DNA of 64,000 nucleotides from a virus (IMGVR_UViG_3300037424_000564:96001-160000); one strand, 5' to 3'. Counted from the first letter of the stretch, positions 46,883-57,353 are shown. A program made the numbers and translations. The notes: a model not told the origin generated them from the sequence alone.

Positions 46883-48592
46883 TTATTCTATCTCCAATAT
46901 CTTAGAAAATCCTTTTTCCATTATAACGTTATATGTCTTGTCAAAATAGCCAGAATCAAGATCATTGTTGTGATTTATAGTTAATATACATTTATTCTGA
47001 TAATCTGTATGTTCTTTGAGAATATCAAATAAAGAAACTGTTCCGGTTGCATCAAGACCTGACATAACTTCATCAAAAATTAATAGATTAGTATTAGATT
47101 TTTTATTTTTATGCATTGCGAATTTTATAAAAGTAAATAGAATTGCAAGATCAATACGTTTTTTCTCACCTTCACTGAAATTATGATAACTATAATCTTC
47201 TTTGTGTCTTGTATTTATAACCTCATTAAAGTTGGAATCAAAGTTAAAAATAGTATTTGCATTGAATTTAGTTAGATATGTATTAAGTAGGCGATTAATA
47301 GATGGTAAATATTTATTAATAATGAGTGGTTTCATTCCATCATCAGAAAATAAACTTCGTAACACAAGAAGATGTTCTTTTTTATTACATAGCTTATTAT
47401 ATGTATCAGTAAGATCTATCTTTCTATTATTATACTCGTTAAATTTACTTTCGTCAATTGTAATTACTTTCTCTCTAATGATAGAAATTTGTGATTGTAA
47501 CTTATTAATTCTGTTTGTATTTTCGATAAGCCCATTATTGACAAAATTTTCATTATTTATAATTCTATTCGCCTTATCAATGGAATCAAGAATAGATTTC
47601 AAAATTAATTTATATTCATCTAACTCAACTTGATAATTCTCTAATAATACTTTATTTTGATTATTATTTTCGTCATTATTTAAATTTATTATATTAGGGC
47701 AACTACCGCAGGTATTCTTGAGGAATAATATCTTCTCTTCATGTACACCAATAGCTATTTCTAATTCAATTTTTTTGTTTTCGATTATATCTATTTTACT
47801 TTGGATATCAGTACGACTTTTGATAAGATTTGCTTTATCAATTTTCTTTTTATTAATTATTTCTATTCCAGTTTTAAATTTAATATTTTTATCTTGTAAT
47901 TCTTTAATTTCTTCTTGATATGATGAAATTAAAATGTCTGCTTCTAATTTTAATTTAGTTTGAAGATTTTTCATTTTTTCGAGATTAGCAAGTTCTTGTT
48001 CAATTAATAAATTAATATTATCAATATCTTTTTTTGTATCTCTAATTGTTTGGTCTGTTTGGTCTGTTTTAATTTTAAGATTCTTAGATATTGTAGTAAA
48101 TAATTCAATGTCAAATAAATTTTCAATAATTGATCTTTTTTCTGCTTTATCTAATGTCATAAACGATGCAGATTTAGTAAGACTTTTAAATATAACTTGA
48201 TTAGATAAATTCTCATTGAACCCAAGGATATCATCATCTAGAATTTGTTGATATCCTCGTTTGTTACTAGATACAGGAATTATCTCATTATTCTTATATA
48301 TTTTAAATGTATCTGGTTTTAGAGTACGAGATATAATATATTCATCATCTTGTTTCTTAAATTTAAGATGTACTTCCAAACCTTTTTTATTTTTAGAATT
48401 TATTAGTTGTTTAATTTTTATTTTTCTATACGGTTTGCCATATAACGCAAAATAGATAGCATCAATAATGGAACTTTTACCCATACCATTACTTGCTTGT
48501 ATTTTACAAACTCCCGTAGTAAAGTCAAAAGTAGTCATATTATTACCATATGATAATAAATTTTTCCATTTGACTGTTTTAAATTCTATCAT
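46883..48592 (-). CDS. gp46: Recombination endonuclease ATPase subunit (gp46, SbcC/Rad50-like)
   Basis: WKNLLSYGN, NGMGKS, CGSCP hook, FSEGE, LIFDE. Confidence 0.95.
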   Translation of the reverse strand: MIEFKTVKWKNLLSYGNNMTTFDFTTGVCKIQASNGMGKSSIIDAIYFALYGKPYRKIKIKQLINSKNKKGLEVHLKFKKQDDEYIISRTLKPDTFKIYKNNEIIPVSSNKRGYQQILDDDILGFNENLSNQVIFKSLTKSASFMTLDKAEKRSIIENLFDIELFTTISKNLKIKTDQTDQTIRDTKKDIDNINLLIEQELANLEKMKNLQTKLKLEADILISSYQEEIKELQDKNIKFKTGIEIINKKKIDKANLIKSRTDIQSKIDIIENKKIELEIAIGVHEEKILFLKNTCGSCPNIINLNNDENNNQNKVLLENYQVELDEYKLILKSILDSIDKANRIINNENFVNNGLIENTNRINKLQSQISIIREKVITIDESKFNEYNNRKIDLTDTYNKLCNKKEHLLVLRSLFSDDGMKPLIINKYLPSINRLLNTYLTKFNANTIFNFDSNFNEVINTRHKEDYSYHNFSEGEKKRIDLAILFTFIKFAMHKNKKSNTNLLIFDEVMSGLDATGTVSLFDILKEHTDYQNKCILTINHNNDLDSGYFDKTYNVIMEKGFSKILEIE

Positions 48593-49749
48593 TCATCCTC
48601 CATATTAAACGCTTCATCATTTGCGTTTTTATATTCTTCAATAGCACAATCAACCAATAATGTTTTATCTATTCCCGGCTCAAATGTCATACCTTGAATA
48701 CACGCTATTATCAATTCAAGAGTAGATTCTTCTTCTATAAATTTTTCATCAAATGAACTAGAATCAAAGTCTTCAACAACATCTTGAGTCTGAACAACGC
48801 TAATTTTATAATCATTACATGATATGGATGATATACTAGCTTGATATGTTTCGAGTGCTAAAGGATTATCACTTTTTTTAACATATATTCTGACATAGTT
48901 ATGTTTAGCTATATCTAGGGATTCTTCTTTTGATATAGGTTTTGATTCAGATAACCCATCAACTGTTAAATCACCGTTGTCATACCATATCTTTATAAAT
49001 TTGGGATTTGTGTTATTTTCAATAAATCTCTTTCCAAAATTATCATCTAATACATAGAAACCTTTCTGTGTATTAAAATCATTCCAAGTTAATTGATATG
49101 GTGTGCCTATCATAATAACATTATCACGCTGAAAATTTATATGATAGTGTCCAGAGAATACATATTTATATTCCTTAAATTTAGTATGAGAGTATCCAGT
49201 TTTCCCTGTGATACCTTTTATCATAGGGAAATCTTTTAATTCAAGATGACCTATCAAAATATCACATTTTTTAGGAAATACCTCTTTATTGGTATCTACG
49301 ATCCAAGGAACAAATCCTATAGTATATTTTTCTATAATCTTTACTTCTTGTTTGTCATAAACGATTATATTTCTATATTCTCTTGTAGTTTTTGTTAAAG
49401 AATTTTGTGATATTTTATCTTTATAATAGGTATCATGGTTGCCTACCAGCATATGCAAAAATACATCATTAGAATCAAACCAAGCAAAAAATCTATCTTT
49501 AATTTCATCTAATATAAGCCAATCAATTTTTTCTCTGGAATGAAAAAAGTCGCCAGAGAAAATAACATTTTTGATTTCATTTTGGATGATATAGGGAAAG
49601 AATTGTTGTTCGAAAAAATTCATTTGTTCTTCAAACATTGAAACTGAAAAATTTGATATTCCAAAATGTATATCCGACACTAAAGCTATTTTGGGATTAA
49701 AATCCATCGTTTTGTTCCTGTTTACACTCTTCTGCTGCATCTTCATCAT
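48589..49749 (-). CDS. gp47: Recombination endonuclease nuclease subunit (gp47, SbcD/Mre11-like)
   Basis: SDIHFG, GDFF, VGNHD, GHLEL, FSGHYH. Confidence 0.95.
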   Translation of the reverse strand: MMKMQQKSVNRNKTMDFNPKIALVSDIHFGISNFSVSMFEEQMNFFEQQFFPYIIQNEIKNVIFSGDFFHSREKIDWLILDEIKDRFFAWFDSNDVFLHMLVGNHDTYYKDKISQNSLTKTTREYRNIIVYDKQEVKIIEKYTIGFVPWIVDTNKEVFPKKCDILIGHLELKDFPMIKGITGKTGYSHTKFKEYKYVFSGHYHINFQRDNVIMIGTPYQLTWNDFNTQKGFYVLDDNFGKRFIENNTNPKFIKIWYDNGDLTVDGLSESKPISKEESLDIAKHNYVRIYVKKSDNPLALETYQASISSISCNDYKISVVQTQDVVEDFDSSSFDEKFIEEESTLELIIACIQGMTFEPGIDKTLLVDCAIEEYKNANDEAFNMEDE

Positions 49750-50197
49750 AAAGATTTATTTTATCTAATGAATACATACTCTGTTCATTAATAGTATCAA
49801 ATTTTATTTTGGATTGAGTATCTTCGTTGTTCCAGATTTGACGAAAGGAAAATTCAGTGATTTGAGTGAAATATGAAAAGGCATTATTAGATTTTTCAAC
49901 ATTAAAATTATGGGCATATTTGACACAGGTTAAAATAGCTTCAGATCGCATTTCATCGATATAAGTATATCCCCTCCATCTTGGTTTCAATGCATAATGA
50001 TTTACTATTTTCATAATACAAATAGCAATATATTCTGTCATTGGTGTCCATTCTGTTCTATTCTTATCTCTATCATTTTCTGAATTCTCTGCTATCCATG
50101 CGGCTACTGCCTCTGTAAACTCTTTGTTGTTTACATAATGTGGATTTTCTGTAGCTCTTTTTGATAATTTTCTTTTTGGTTTTACTTTATCGACCAT
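49697..50197 (-). CDS. gp55: Late-transcription sigma factor (T4 gp55-like)
   Basis: HYVNNKEF, GYTYIDEM, NFNVEKSNNAFSYFTQI. Confidence 0.92.
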   Translation of the reverse strand: MVDKVKPKRKLSKRATENPHYVNNKEFTEAVAAWIAENSENDRDKNRTEWTPMTEYIAICIMKIVNHYALKPRWRGYTYIDEMRSEAILTCVKYAHNFNVEKSNNAFSYFTQITEFSFRQIWNNEDTQSKIKFDTINEQSMYSLDKINLYDEDAAEECKQEQNDGF

Positions 50198-50431
50198 TTA
50201 TTTCTCCTTCTTATTATCAAAATATTTTTTAATTACTGGAAAAATCAATTCATTGTAACATCTGTTACATAAATCAATCACATCTGTTCTTCCTGATATT
50301 GAATTAAGATCTGAGTCAACGTATCCGTTCATTATTCTACCTTGTGCCATATCTGTTAAATGACATTTATATTGGAATTTATTAACAGATCCTTCTTTCC
50401 CACAATGATCACAAAATTGTTTTGTTGCCAT
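50198..50431 (-). CDS. Small Zn-finger protein
   Basis: CDHCG...LCNRC. Confidence 0.6.
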   Translation of the reverse strand: MATKQFCDHCGKEGSVNKFQYKCHLTDMAQGRIMNGYVDSDLNSISGRTDVIDLCNRCYNELIFPVIKKYFDNKKEK

Positions 50432-50439
50432 AAATAAAA

Positions 50440-50492
50440 ATCCCCTTTGTTAGTATATAGACATTATATACCAACAAAGGGGATAGAGTCAA
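50440..50492 (-). promoter_or_regulatory. sigma70 promoter inside a 20-bp RBS-occluding inverted repeat
   Basis: TTGACT-18-TATAAT; arms 50440-50459 and 50465-50484, one G-U pair. Confidence 0.75.
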
Positions 50493-50512
50493 ATTTTAAT
50501 CAAACTACCAAT

Positions 50513-50812
50513 TCACGGTAGTTCTGGTTGCATTCCTTCAATAATAGTTTTTAAACTTTCAGAATCAAAACCTGCTTTTTTTAGATCCTCGATTAATTTT
50601 TCAGATGTTACTGTTAAAAAATATTCATCAACCTTTGTTTGAAGGTCAATTGTCCATTTAATATCTTCTGCAATGATTCTACAAATATCACATGTAGTTT
50701 CAATAACATTATCACCACAATTAAAACATCTACATGTAGCTAATACTTTATGGCAAATTTTACAGACTACTCGACCATGACCATTTAGTAATTTTTCATA
50801 ATTAATTTTCAT
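50513..50812 (-). CDS. Hypothetical Zn-binding protein
   Basis: CKIC...CRCFNC...CDIC. Confidence 0.6.
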   Translation of the reverse strand: MKINYEKLLNGHGRVVCKICHKVLATCRCFNCGDNVIETTCDICRIIAEDIKWTIDLQTKVDEYFLTVTSEKLIEDLKKAGFDSESLKTIIEGMQPELP

Positions 50813-50814
50813 TT

Positions 50815-52446
50815 TTATTTCCTTTTCGTATATTTACGTTTTGCTGGTTTAGCAGGGTTGAAATTAAGACAACCATCTTCAGGAAGATATTTAAAGGCAT
50901 CTGGATCGCTACCACCAAGAACTTCACGAATTAGATCAGTAGTAGCATTTTCATATACTTCAATTTCTACTTTAGAAGGAGTCTCTTCTGTATTGTGAAC
51001 CAGAAAGAGATTTTGTTTTGCTCTGGTACAAGCAACATATTTGAGATTGATTTCCTGCACCTTCTCCCAATCCATTCTGGCCCATTTGTTTTCAGCAGAC
51101 TGCAACCAGAATACGTTGTTCCACTCACGACCTTTACTTTTATGAATGGTGGAAAGGATAACACAACCTTTCAGATCATCACCAAAGATATTGTCAATTT
51201 CCTCACAAACACTATCAATAGGAGTAGTGCATTTGGGGTTGATTTCCTGAACCCGTTTTATAATAACTTTGATACAAGCAACTTTATCTTCAATAGCAAT
51301 TGCCTGTGATTCTTTTTCTTTGATACGATATTTCGCGGATTCACGATCACGGTAAGTATCAAGACGATCAATCAAAACGCTAAAGTTTTTGCATTTGTAA
51401 CGGCGAACCAAAGTTTTGATAGAAGTTCCAATTTCACGACCTTCTACTTTAGCAGGAATCCCTTTGGCGATGAACTGGTATACCAGAGAGATAATAGGAC
51501 GAGTGAAGCGACAAAGAATAGCATCACCTTCTTTTGCAGTTTCTGTGATGTTGGTTTTAAGAACTTCTACTTTACCAACAGGAGAAGAGGGGTGAGCAAC
51601 AATATGTTTCACAAACTGGTTTGCGTAAGTAACGATGCTTGAAGGGCAACGATATGTAACAGTGAGAGGCATCTGAATAGCATCAACTGCGTTACCAATA
51701 AGGTCAAGAGCATCAGAATCAGCGCCAGTGAAACCGTAAATTGCTTGGTGGCGATCACCAACAGCAACCAGTCGCCCCCCTCGTTTAAGCATTAGAAGGG
51801 CAAGAGCGCGTCGAGAAGCATTAGTATCCTGTGCTTCATCAATAAGAACCCAATCATGTTCATATGCTTTAGCATGATGAATCAGGGGAGCAAGAATCAT
51901 ATCATCAAAATCAATAACATCAGTATCTTGTGCTACTGATTTAGTAAATACTTTTTTGGCGCGATTAAGGATAAGTTCATCGTTATCCATACAATCGATA
52001 TTAAAGTGTTCGATAAGATTATACCATGCAGTGTCTTCATTTGGCACAACAGCACCAATAGCTGCTTGTTTTGCATAAGAAACGAGATTCACAGTAACAG
52101 TTTCAAATTTACGATCTTCATATTCAGTGAACATAGAACGATAAATGTTACGACATTTAAAATTATCAACTTTAACATTACCAGCAACACGCCTCCAAAT
52201 ACCAAATCCAGCAGAGTGCATTGTTCCGATGTTTAGGCCAGTTTTATTGGGTGCTTTTGACTTGATTTCGTCGGCAATCTTCTTATTATAAGAACCAAAG
52301 AAGATATCACCTTCCATGAGTTTAAGAGCTTCAATCAGAGTAGTAGTTTTACCAGCACCAGCTACTGCTTCGAGAACGCAAGAACCTTTACCAGTAGTGA
52401 TCCAGTTGAAAAAGTTGCTCTGTTGCTCGGAAGGAATGAAAGTCAT
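50815..52446 (-). CDS. Superfamily I (UvrD/Rep-like) helicase
   Basis: AGAGKTT, DEAQD, VGDRHQAIYGF, TYRCP, STIHKSKGREW, YVACTRAK. Confidence 0.92.
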   Translation of the reverse strand: MTFIPSEQQSNFFNWITTGKGSCVLEAVAGAGKTTTLIEALKLMEGDIFFGSYNKKIADEIKSKAPNKTGLNIGTMHSAGFGIWRRVAGNVKVDNFKCRNIYRSMFTEYEDRKFETVTVNLVSYAKQAAIGAVVPNEDTAWYNLIEHFNIDCMDNDELILNRAKKVFTKSVAQDTDVIDFDDMILAPLIHHAKAYEHDWVLIDEAQDTNASRRALALLMLKRGGRLVAVGDRHQAIYGFTGADSDALDLIGNAVDAIQMPLTVTYRCPSSIVTYANQFVKHIVAHPSSPVGKVEVLKTNITETAKEGDAILCRFTRPIISLVYQFIAKGIPAKVEGREIGTSIKTLVRRYKCKNFSVLIDRLDTYRDRESAKYRIKEKESQAIAIEDKVACIKVIIKRVQEINPKCTTPIDSVCEEIDNIFGDDLKGCVILSTIHKSKGREWNNVFWLQSAENKWARMDWEKVQEINLKYVACTRAKQNLFLVHNTEETPSKVEIEVYENATTDLIREVLGGSDPDAFKYLPEDGCLNFNPAKPAKRKYTKRK

Positions 52447-52476
52447 GGTTTGCTCCTTTGGGGTTGATGTAAGAAG

Positions 52477-52505
52477 ATCATACCCTTTATTGATTTAGTT
52501 GTCAA
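52477..52505 (-). promoter_or_regulatory. sigma70-type early promoter
   Basis: TTGACA-17-TATGAT. Confidence 0.75.
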
Positions 52506-52527
52506 TTATTTTCTAAAATATAATAAT

Positions 52528-52800
52528 TTACATCATTTCATTAATTCTACTTTTATATTCCTTTTCACGAAGGTCGCAAATAAGTTTATATTTTGGATTT
52601 TTCTTCATATTTTTGAGTTGTTGAATTTCTTTATCAAGGTAAGATTGTATGGATTGAATTGTGTGCCATTGGCCGGGACCAGCATCCCCATATGCTGAAA
52701 TTTCACTACGATATTGTGATTCATTTTCAGCAAGAGCTTCCATACCATGCTGAATACTTTCTTCGAGTTCTTCCAGTTTAGTACGAAAAAAATCTAACAT
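52528..52800 (-). CDS. Hypothetical protein
   Basis: AAGGAG RBS; promoter 52825-52853. Confidence 0.65.
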   Translation of the reverse strand: MLDFFRTKLEELEESIQHGMEALAENESQYRSEISAYGDAGPGQWHTIQSIQSYLDKEIQQLKNMKKNPKYKLICDLREKEYKSRINEMM

Positions 52801-52824
52801 AATAATTCTCCTTGATTTTGAGAT

Positions 52825-52853
52825 ATATTATAATTAGATTTTTTATTTGTCAA
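52825..52853 (-). promoter_or_regulatory. sigma70-type early promoter
   Basis: TTGACA-17-TAATAT. Confidence 0.75.
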
Positions 52854-54383
52854 TTAAATTTTGAATATTTCTTCTTTTACATCCCAATTCTCTTTATCGT
52901 AATATTTCTTTCTGACTATATAATGGTCAAGTGCATAATTTATAAACCTAGTTTTGGTTTCAGGTATAATAAAACTTGCATTATCAATGATATCGAAAAG
53001 TCTAGCACAATCCTTATCTTTATGTTTTCTCAAGGATCTACCTATAGATTGAAGAACTTTAATACGACTTTTGTATCCAGAAGCAAGAACCAAATTATTC
53101 AAATTTTTAACATTCCAACCAGCAGCTAAAGTTCCATAAGTAGCTAGAAGTATTACATTTGTGTTATTTTCTAAAAATGTTCTAACATCTTCTCTATCTT
53201 CTAATGGTGTATCACCATCTACATATAATACTTTTTCTGTTCCGAAATGATTTTCAAAATATTCTTTTAATAAATATCCATGTTTTGATTTTTTAGTAAA
53301 TAAAACTAATGTATTACCTTTTAAATTATCTACCAATTTCAGAATGAATTTATTTCGTTCTTCATTGCTATACATTAGATTATTTTGTATCTGATATCGT
53401 TCTGCTGGTTTCGTTGCCTCTTCAGTAGCATCATAAATTTTACGTTTAAATTCAGAACTATAATTTAATACAACTGAATATATTTTTAATTTAGCTATAT
53501 AATCATTTTCTTGGAGATATTTGTATGTTGCTATTTCCACGATTTTACCAAAAGCACCAACAATAGAATACCATTCTGCTGTGACTGATTCTGGATAAGT
53601 ACCTGAAAACCCATATCTATATTCTGCATTGACACAATATCTAGCTAATGATTGTATAGATCCTGCATCAGATGCTGCCTCATGCACTTCGTCACAAATA
53701 AGACAGTCAAAATCATTATATGGATTATCTTGTTTTACTTTTGGTGTTATTAATGATTGCCATGTTGCTATAATTATAGGGCTATCATAAAACTTTCTCT
53801 GTCCACCATAAATACGATGACAGTATTTTTCTGCATTAAATCCATAATCAATAAAATCTTTATACATTTGTTCTACCAATCCTGTTTTAGAACAAATCAA
53901 AATTACTTTCTTTTTCAAAAGCATCATGAATCTACATATAATATATATACATAAAGATTTACCACCAGCAGTACTAATAAGTGTATTCATATTTTTATAA
54001 CATAATGATTTATATATAGCTTCAAATTGATATGGTCTTACTGTAAGAGGTAGATTTAAAGATTCTATAAATCGTTGTAATTCTTTTCTATCAATTTTAT
54101 TAGATAGAGGATAATTACAATCAATACTATATCCACCTTTTTCTGCAAATTCATACACCTTATAAACTAATCCGATAGGAAGTTCATTTGTTGAAATTTT
54201 AAAGAATCTAATTTTCCCATCCCACATTTTAGCCTTGTATTTTGGGGAGAATCTATAATTAGTTGCAAAAGATGAAAAATAGTTATATAATTCTCTTGCA
54301 ATGAATTCTTCACATCGGATGGTGACTGTGGAATGATCTTTTTTTAAAATTGAAATTTGAGTTTTATTTAACATAGGAATCAC
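52854..54383 (-). CDS. uvsW: SF2 DNA helicase UvsW
   Basis: WDGKIRF, VRPYQ, STAGGKS, TWQSL, CDEVH, LQSIGRSLR. Confidence 0.95.
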   Translation of the reverse strand: MIPMLNKTQISILKKDHSTVTIRCEEFIARELYNYFSSFATNYRFSPKYKAKMWDGKIRFFKISTNELPIGLVYKVYEFAEKGGYSIDCNYPLSNKIDRKELQRFIESLNLPLTVRPYQFEAIYKSLCYKNMNTLISTAGGKSLCIYIICRFMMLLKKKVILICSKTGLVEQMYKDFIDYGFNAEKYCHRIYGGQRKFYDSPIIIATWQSLITPKVKQDNPYNDFDCLICDEVHEAASDAGSIQSLARYCVNAEYRYGFSGTYPESVTAEWYSIVGAFGKIVEIATYKYLQENDYIAKLKIYSVVLNYSSEFKRKIYDATEEATKPAERYQIQNNLMYSNEERNKFILKLVDNLKGNTLVLFTKKSKHGYLLKEYFENHFGTEKVLYVDGDTPLEDREDVRTFLENNTNVILLATYGTLAAGWNVKNLNNLVLASGYKSRIKVLQSIGRSLRKHKDKDCARLFDIIDNASFIIPETKTRFINYALDHYIVRKKYYDKENWDVKEEIFKI

Positions 54384-54396
54384 TTTTGAATTAAAT

Positions 54397-54425
54397 TTGA
54401 CAGATTAGAAATCTGATGTTATAAT
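54397..54425 (+). promoter_or_regulatory. Consensus sigma70 promoter of uvsY
   Basis: TTGACA-17-TATAAT, perfect consensus. Confidence 0.85.
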
Positions 54426-54501
54426 GAACCTTAGGTGCCGCTGGAGTGGATAGATATAAGGTAAATTAGCTAGTTGTATACTATTATTTAGGAGAGATAA
54501 A

Positions 54502-54936
54502 ATGAGTGAAACGGAGTTATCAAGGCAGGATAAAATTTATAAAAAGTTTAAGGAATTAAAAATTGAAGCAGAAAATGTTGTTAAGCTTGACACCTATAAG
54601 ATGTCAAATGCATTCAATAATAGTTCAGACATTGTTCGATGGATCACAAAAAAAACTGAATGGTCAAGAGTTTTGAGAGACTTAGAGGTTAAACGTAAAA
54701 AAGCATATAGAATAGCATATGAATATTATCAAACTGAATTTGCTTTGAAACTCACCACTAAGGATGAATATATTTTATTCATCGAGAGTGATGAGAATTA
54801 TGTAAATCATATGCAACTTTCATTGTTAGTAAAAGAAGTCATTCAATTTATTGATTCAACAATTGATGCATTGAAAACAAAAGGTTATGATATTAAAAAT
54901 TTAATTGAATGGAGGAAATTCACCAACGGGCAGTAA
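54502..54936 (+). CDS. uvsY: Recombination mediator UvsY
   Basis: Size, position next to uvsW, YEYY...DENY...KGYDIKNLIEWRKFTNG. Confidence 0.85.
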   Translation: MSETELSRQDKIYKKFKELKIEAENVVKLDTYKMSNAFNNSSDIVRWITKKTEWSRVLRDLEVKRKKAYRIAYEYYQTEFALKLTTKDEYILFIESDENYVNHMQLSLLVKEVIQFIDSTIDALKTKGYDIKNLIEWRKFTNGQ

Positions 54937-55707
54937 CTAACTGTAATAAATTTCAATATTAGATAAGATATTGTGAATTTTTGATATCTTATCTGTATCT
55001 GAACTCAATCTATTTACTTTTAATTTACCTTGATTATTTATCATATACTGTTCCATATAATATTTTGAATATAATAAACCGCTTGTATGCATAAAATTTC
55101 TAGGTGATGAATATTTTGGAATTAAAAAATATTCAATATTAGCCAATTTATCAATTAAAAATTTAATATTATTAGAATCAATATAAGATTGATATTCTAT
55201 GAATGGGAAGATAACTGTATCATACAGACTTCCCATTAAATTTTTTATGGCATTGTCTTTTGCTACTTTAGAATTATTTTCGATTGATACTCCCATTGCT
55301 GAAGGCATATCTACTGGGTCAGTTGGATTATTGAGTTTCATATAATTAATTAAATTAAAAACTGATTCCGGTATAGCTCCTAAGAATCTAGCCTGTTCAG
55401 TAACCGTCATCGTAGTAGTAATATCAATAGACGAATCTACTTTATATTCAAATTTTTTAGCTTTAGATATAATAGCGTTTAAATCATTTAGATTTTTGAT
55501 TATTATATTATAATTTTCTGAAGTTAATAGATCAACAGCAAGCAATATATCAGATTTTATTAATGTTGATGTACGATATACAGTATCTAAAGTTTTTTTA
55601 TTTATATTATATTCATTTATTACTACTGACGTTATAATATTAGGATCATTACTAGTAATAGGAAATGATTTCATATCTTCTTTTAATTTGTCTAAAAATT
55701 CACTCAT
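54937..55707 (-). CDS. Hypothetical protein in the baseplate cluster
   Basis: 256 aa, overlaps the gp5-C stop. Confidence 0.6.
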   Translation of the reverse strand: MSEFLDKLKEDMKSFPITSNDPNIITSVVINEYNINKKTLDTVYRTSTLIKSDILLAVDLLTSENYNIIIKNLNDLNAIISKAKKFEYKVDSSIDITTTMTVTEQARFLGAIPESVFNLINYMKLNNPTDPVDMPSAMGVSIENNSKVAKDNAIKNLMGSLYDTVIFPFIEYQSYIDSNNIKFLIDKLANIEYFLIPKYSSPRNFMHTSGLLYSKYYMEQYMINNQGKLKVNRLSSDTDKISKIHNILSNIEIYYS

Positions 55708-57353
55708 CCTATATTAACCTTTGGTGCTGATATTCTAACTAATGCAGTTGAAGAAATAGTTGCTGGTCCAGTACTATTGATAGTTGTTTGCCCACTACTA
55801 TTTATATTGACGTTTCCTGTGACTGTTATAGTTAAATTACCTTTAGTTGTATTATTATAATCACCAGATATAGTTTCTACGTGATTCCCATCAGTTTTAT
55901 CAGTTTTATCACCAGCAATGGATGTTGTATTATTTCCACCTATTTTTTCTATTTTATTTAATTTAATATCTTCTGTAGAAGATCCACCGATTAATGTATC
56001 AATATCACCACCTATATCGATGTTATCATTTCCAGAAATAGTTCTGAATTCACTTTTTCTTACTTCTATTTTTGAATCCCCAATTATAATTTCGACTTTA
56101 TCTTTTGAAGTTGTTACTTTCCATTCTCCGTCTGTAATTTCTTGTCTATCTTTAGTTATTTTTCTATGAACAGACCCATCATTTACCATTGCTTCATATG
56201 TTCCAGATGGATGTTGATTTATTTTACGTTTATTACCGGGAGTTTCATCTGTTATTTCGACAAATCCAGCTTTATTTTCTTTTACTACAATTTTCCCATA
56301 TTCTGCTTTTTCAGGAGTTGGTGCTGGTTCGTTAATTGGTGTAATAGATTTAGATGGTATTAAAGGTGGAGTAAATCCTAAAGTTTCACCAATAGAAGCA
56401 AAAGAAGCCATATCATTAAGTTGACTTGTTGAAGGAGTATTTGGAACACTTGGTTTTGGTGGCATTGCTGTTAATAAAGATTTAACAGAACCACGAATAG
56501 AACTAAGAGAAACAGTTTTAGCACTATTAAATATATTTGTCTTAGGAATCAAAGACGATAATGATGGTAGTGATGGTAATTTAGGTAATGTTAATTGTTT
56601 ATATTGACTAACTGCACTTTCAAACATAGAAAGTTTAGGTTTTAATATTACAGCATCTGGTGTCCCTTTTAAAGCATCTGGATTAGATGTTAATTTACCA
56701 GCTTTATTTGGAACATTTCCTTGAATATAATTTGAACAAGAAGATCTTCCTTTATCACGTTTAAAGAAATTATTTTTAATACCATTATCATTGGAATTAT
56801 TAATATTAAAAGATCCAATTGGATCTGTTAATTTACTTTTGAGTGAATTTAAAGCAGCAGTTTGATCATTTAATTGCTTTATATCTTCACCAGTATACTT
56901 TGTTATAGATGCGCCAACACTATCATTTATAGCACCAGCTATATCTAAAATTTGTGAATTAGCTACATCGGTTAATTCAACTGGTATTTCAGCGATAGTA
57001 TCAAACTTACTTTGTAAGTTTAAATTTATACTATTAGAAACATCTTGTACAAGACTTGCTCCAAATGTTGAAATAATATCAATATAACTACTTCTAGTAT
57101 CTAAATGGAATGATGACAATTCACCTACAGCATCATCTATAATAACTTGACCAGCTTCAGCGGATGGATTGCTTTGTTTTTTACGCAGAGTTGACATTTT
57201 TCTGGAAGTTCTAGAAGTAAGTTTAGCAGCTTTTCCACTATTTCTAGTGGTATACTCTCTAGATTTATTATCAGAATAATTAGCAAAAACTTCTAAACTT
57301 GACTTTTTTTTCTTAGCAGAATAGTTAATTATTTCATTTTCATATGTACTCAT
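55704..57353 (-). CDS. Baseplate spike, gp5 C-terminal part
   Basis: EITDETPGNKR...HPSGTYE, then 8-residue beta-helix repeats; no lysozyme domain recognised. Confidence 0.8.
   Translation of the reverse strand: MSTYENEIINYSAKKKKSSLEVFANYSDNKSREYTTRNSGKAAKLTSRTSRKMSTLRKKQSNPSAEAGQVIIDDAVGELSSFHLDTRSSYIDIISTFGASLVQDVSNSINLNLQSKFDTIAEIPVELTDVANSQILDIAGAINDSVGASITKYTGEDIKQLNDQTAALNSLKSKLTDPIGSFNINNSNDNGIKNNFFKRDKGRSSCSNYIQGNVPNKAGKLTSNPDALKGTPDAVILKPKLSMFESAVSQYKQLTLPKLPSLPSLSSLIPKTNIFNSAKTVSLSSIRGSVKSLLTAMPPKPSVPNTPSTSQLNDMASFASIGETLGFTPPLIPSKSITPINEPAPTPEKAEYGKIVVKENKAGFVEITDETPGNKRKINQHPSGTYEAMVNDGSVHRKITKDRQEITDGEWKVTTSKDKVEIIIGDSKIEVRKSEFRTISGNDNIDIGGDIDTLIGGSSTEDIKLNKIEKIGGNNTTSIAGDKTDKTDGNHVETISGDYNNTTKGNLTITVTGNVNINSSGQTTINSTGPATISSTALVRISAPKVNIG

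Noticed and set aside
10936-47219. TATAAATA matches inside genes (~10936, ~21587, ~47212)
   Set aside because: Expected by chance in AT-rich DNA, and not placed before a start codon.
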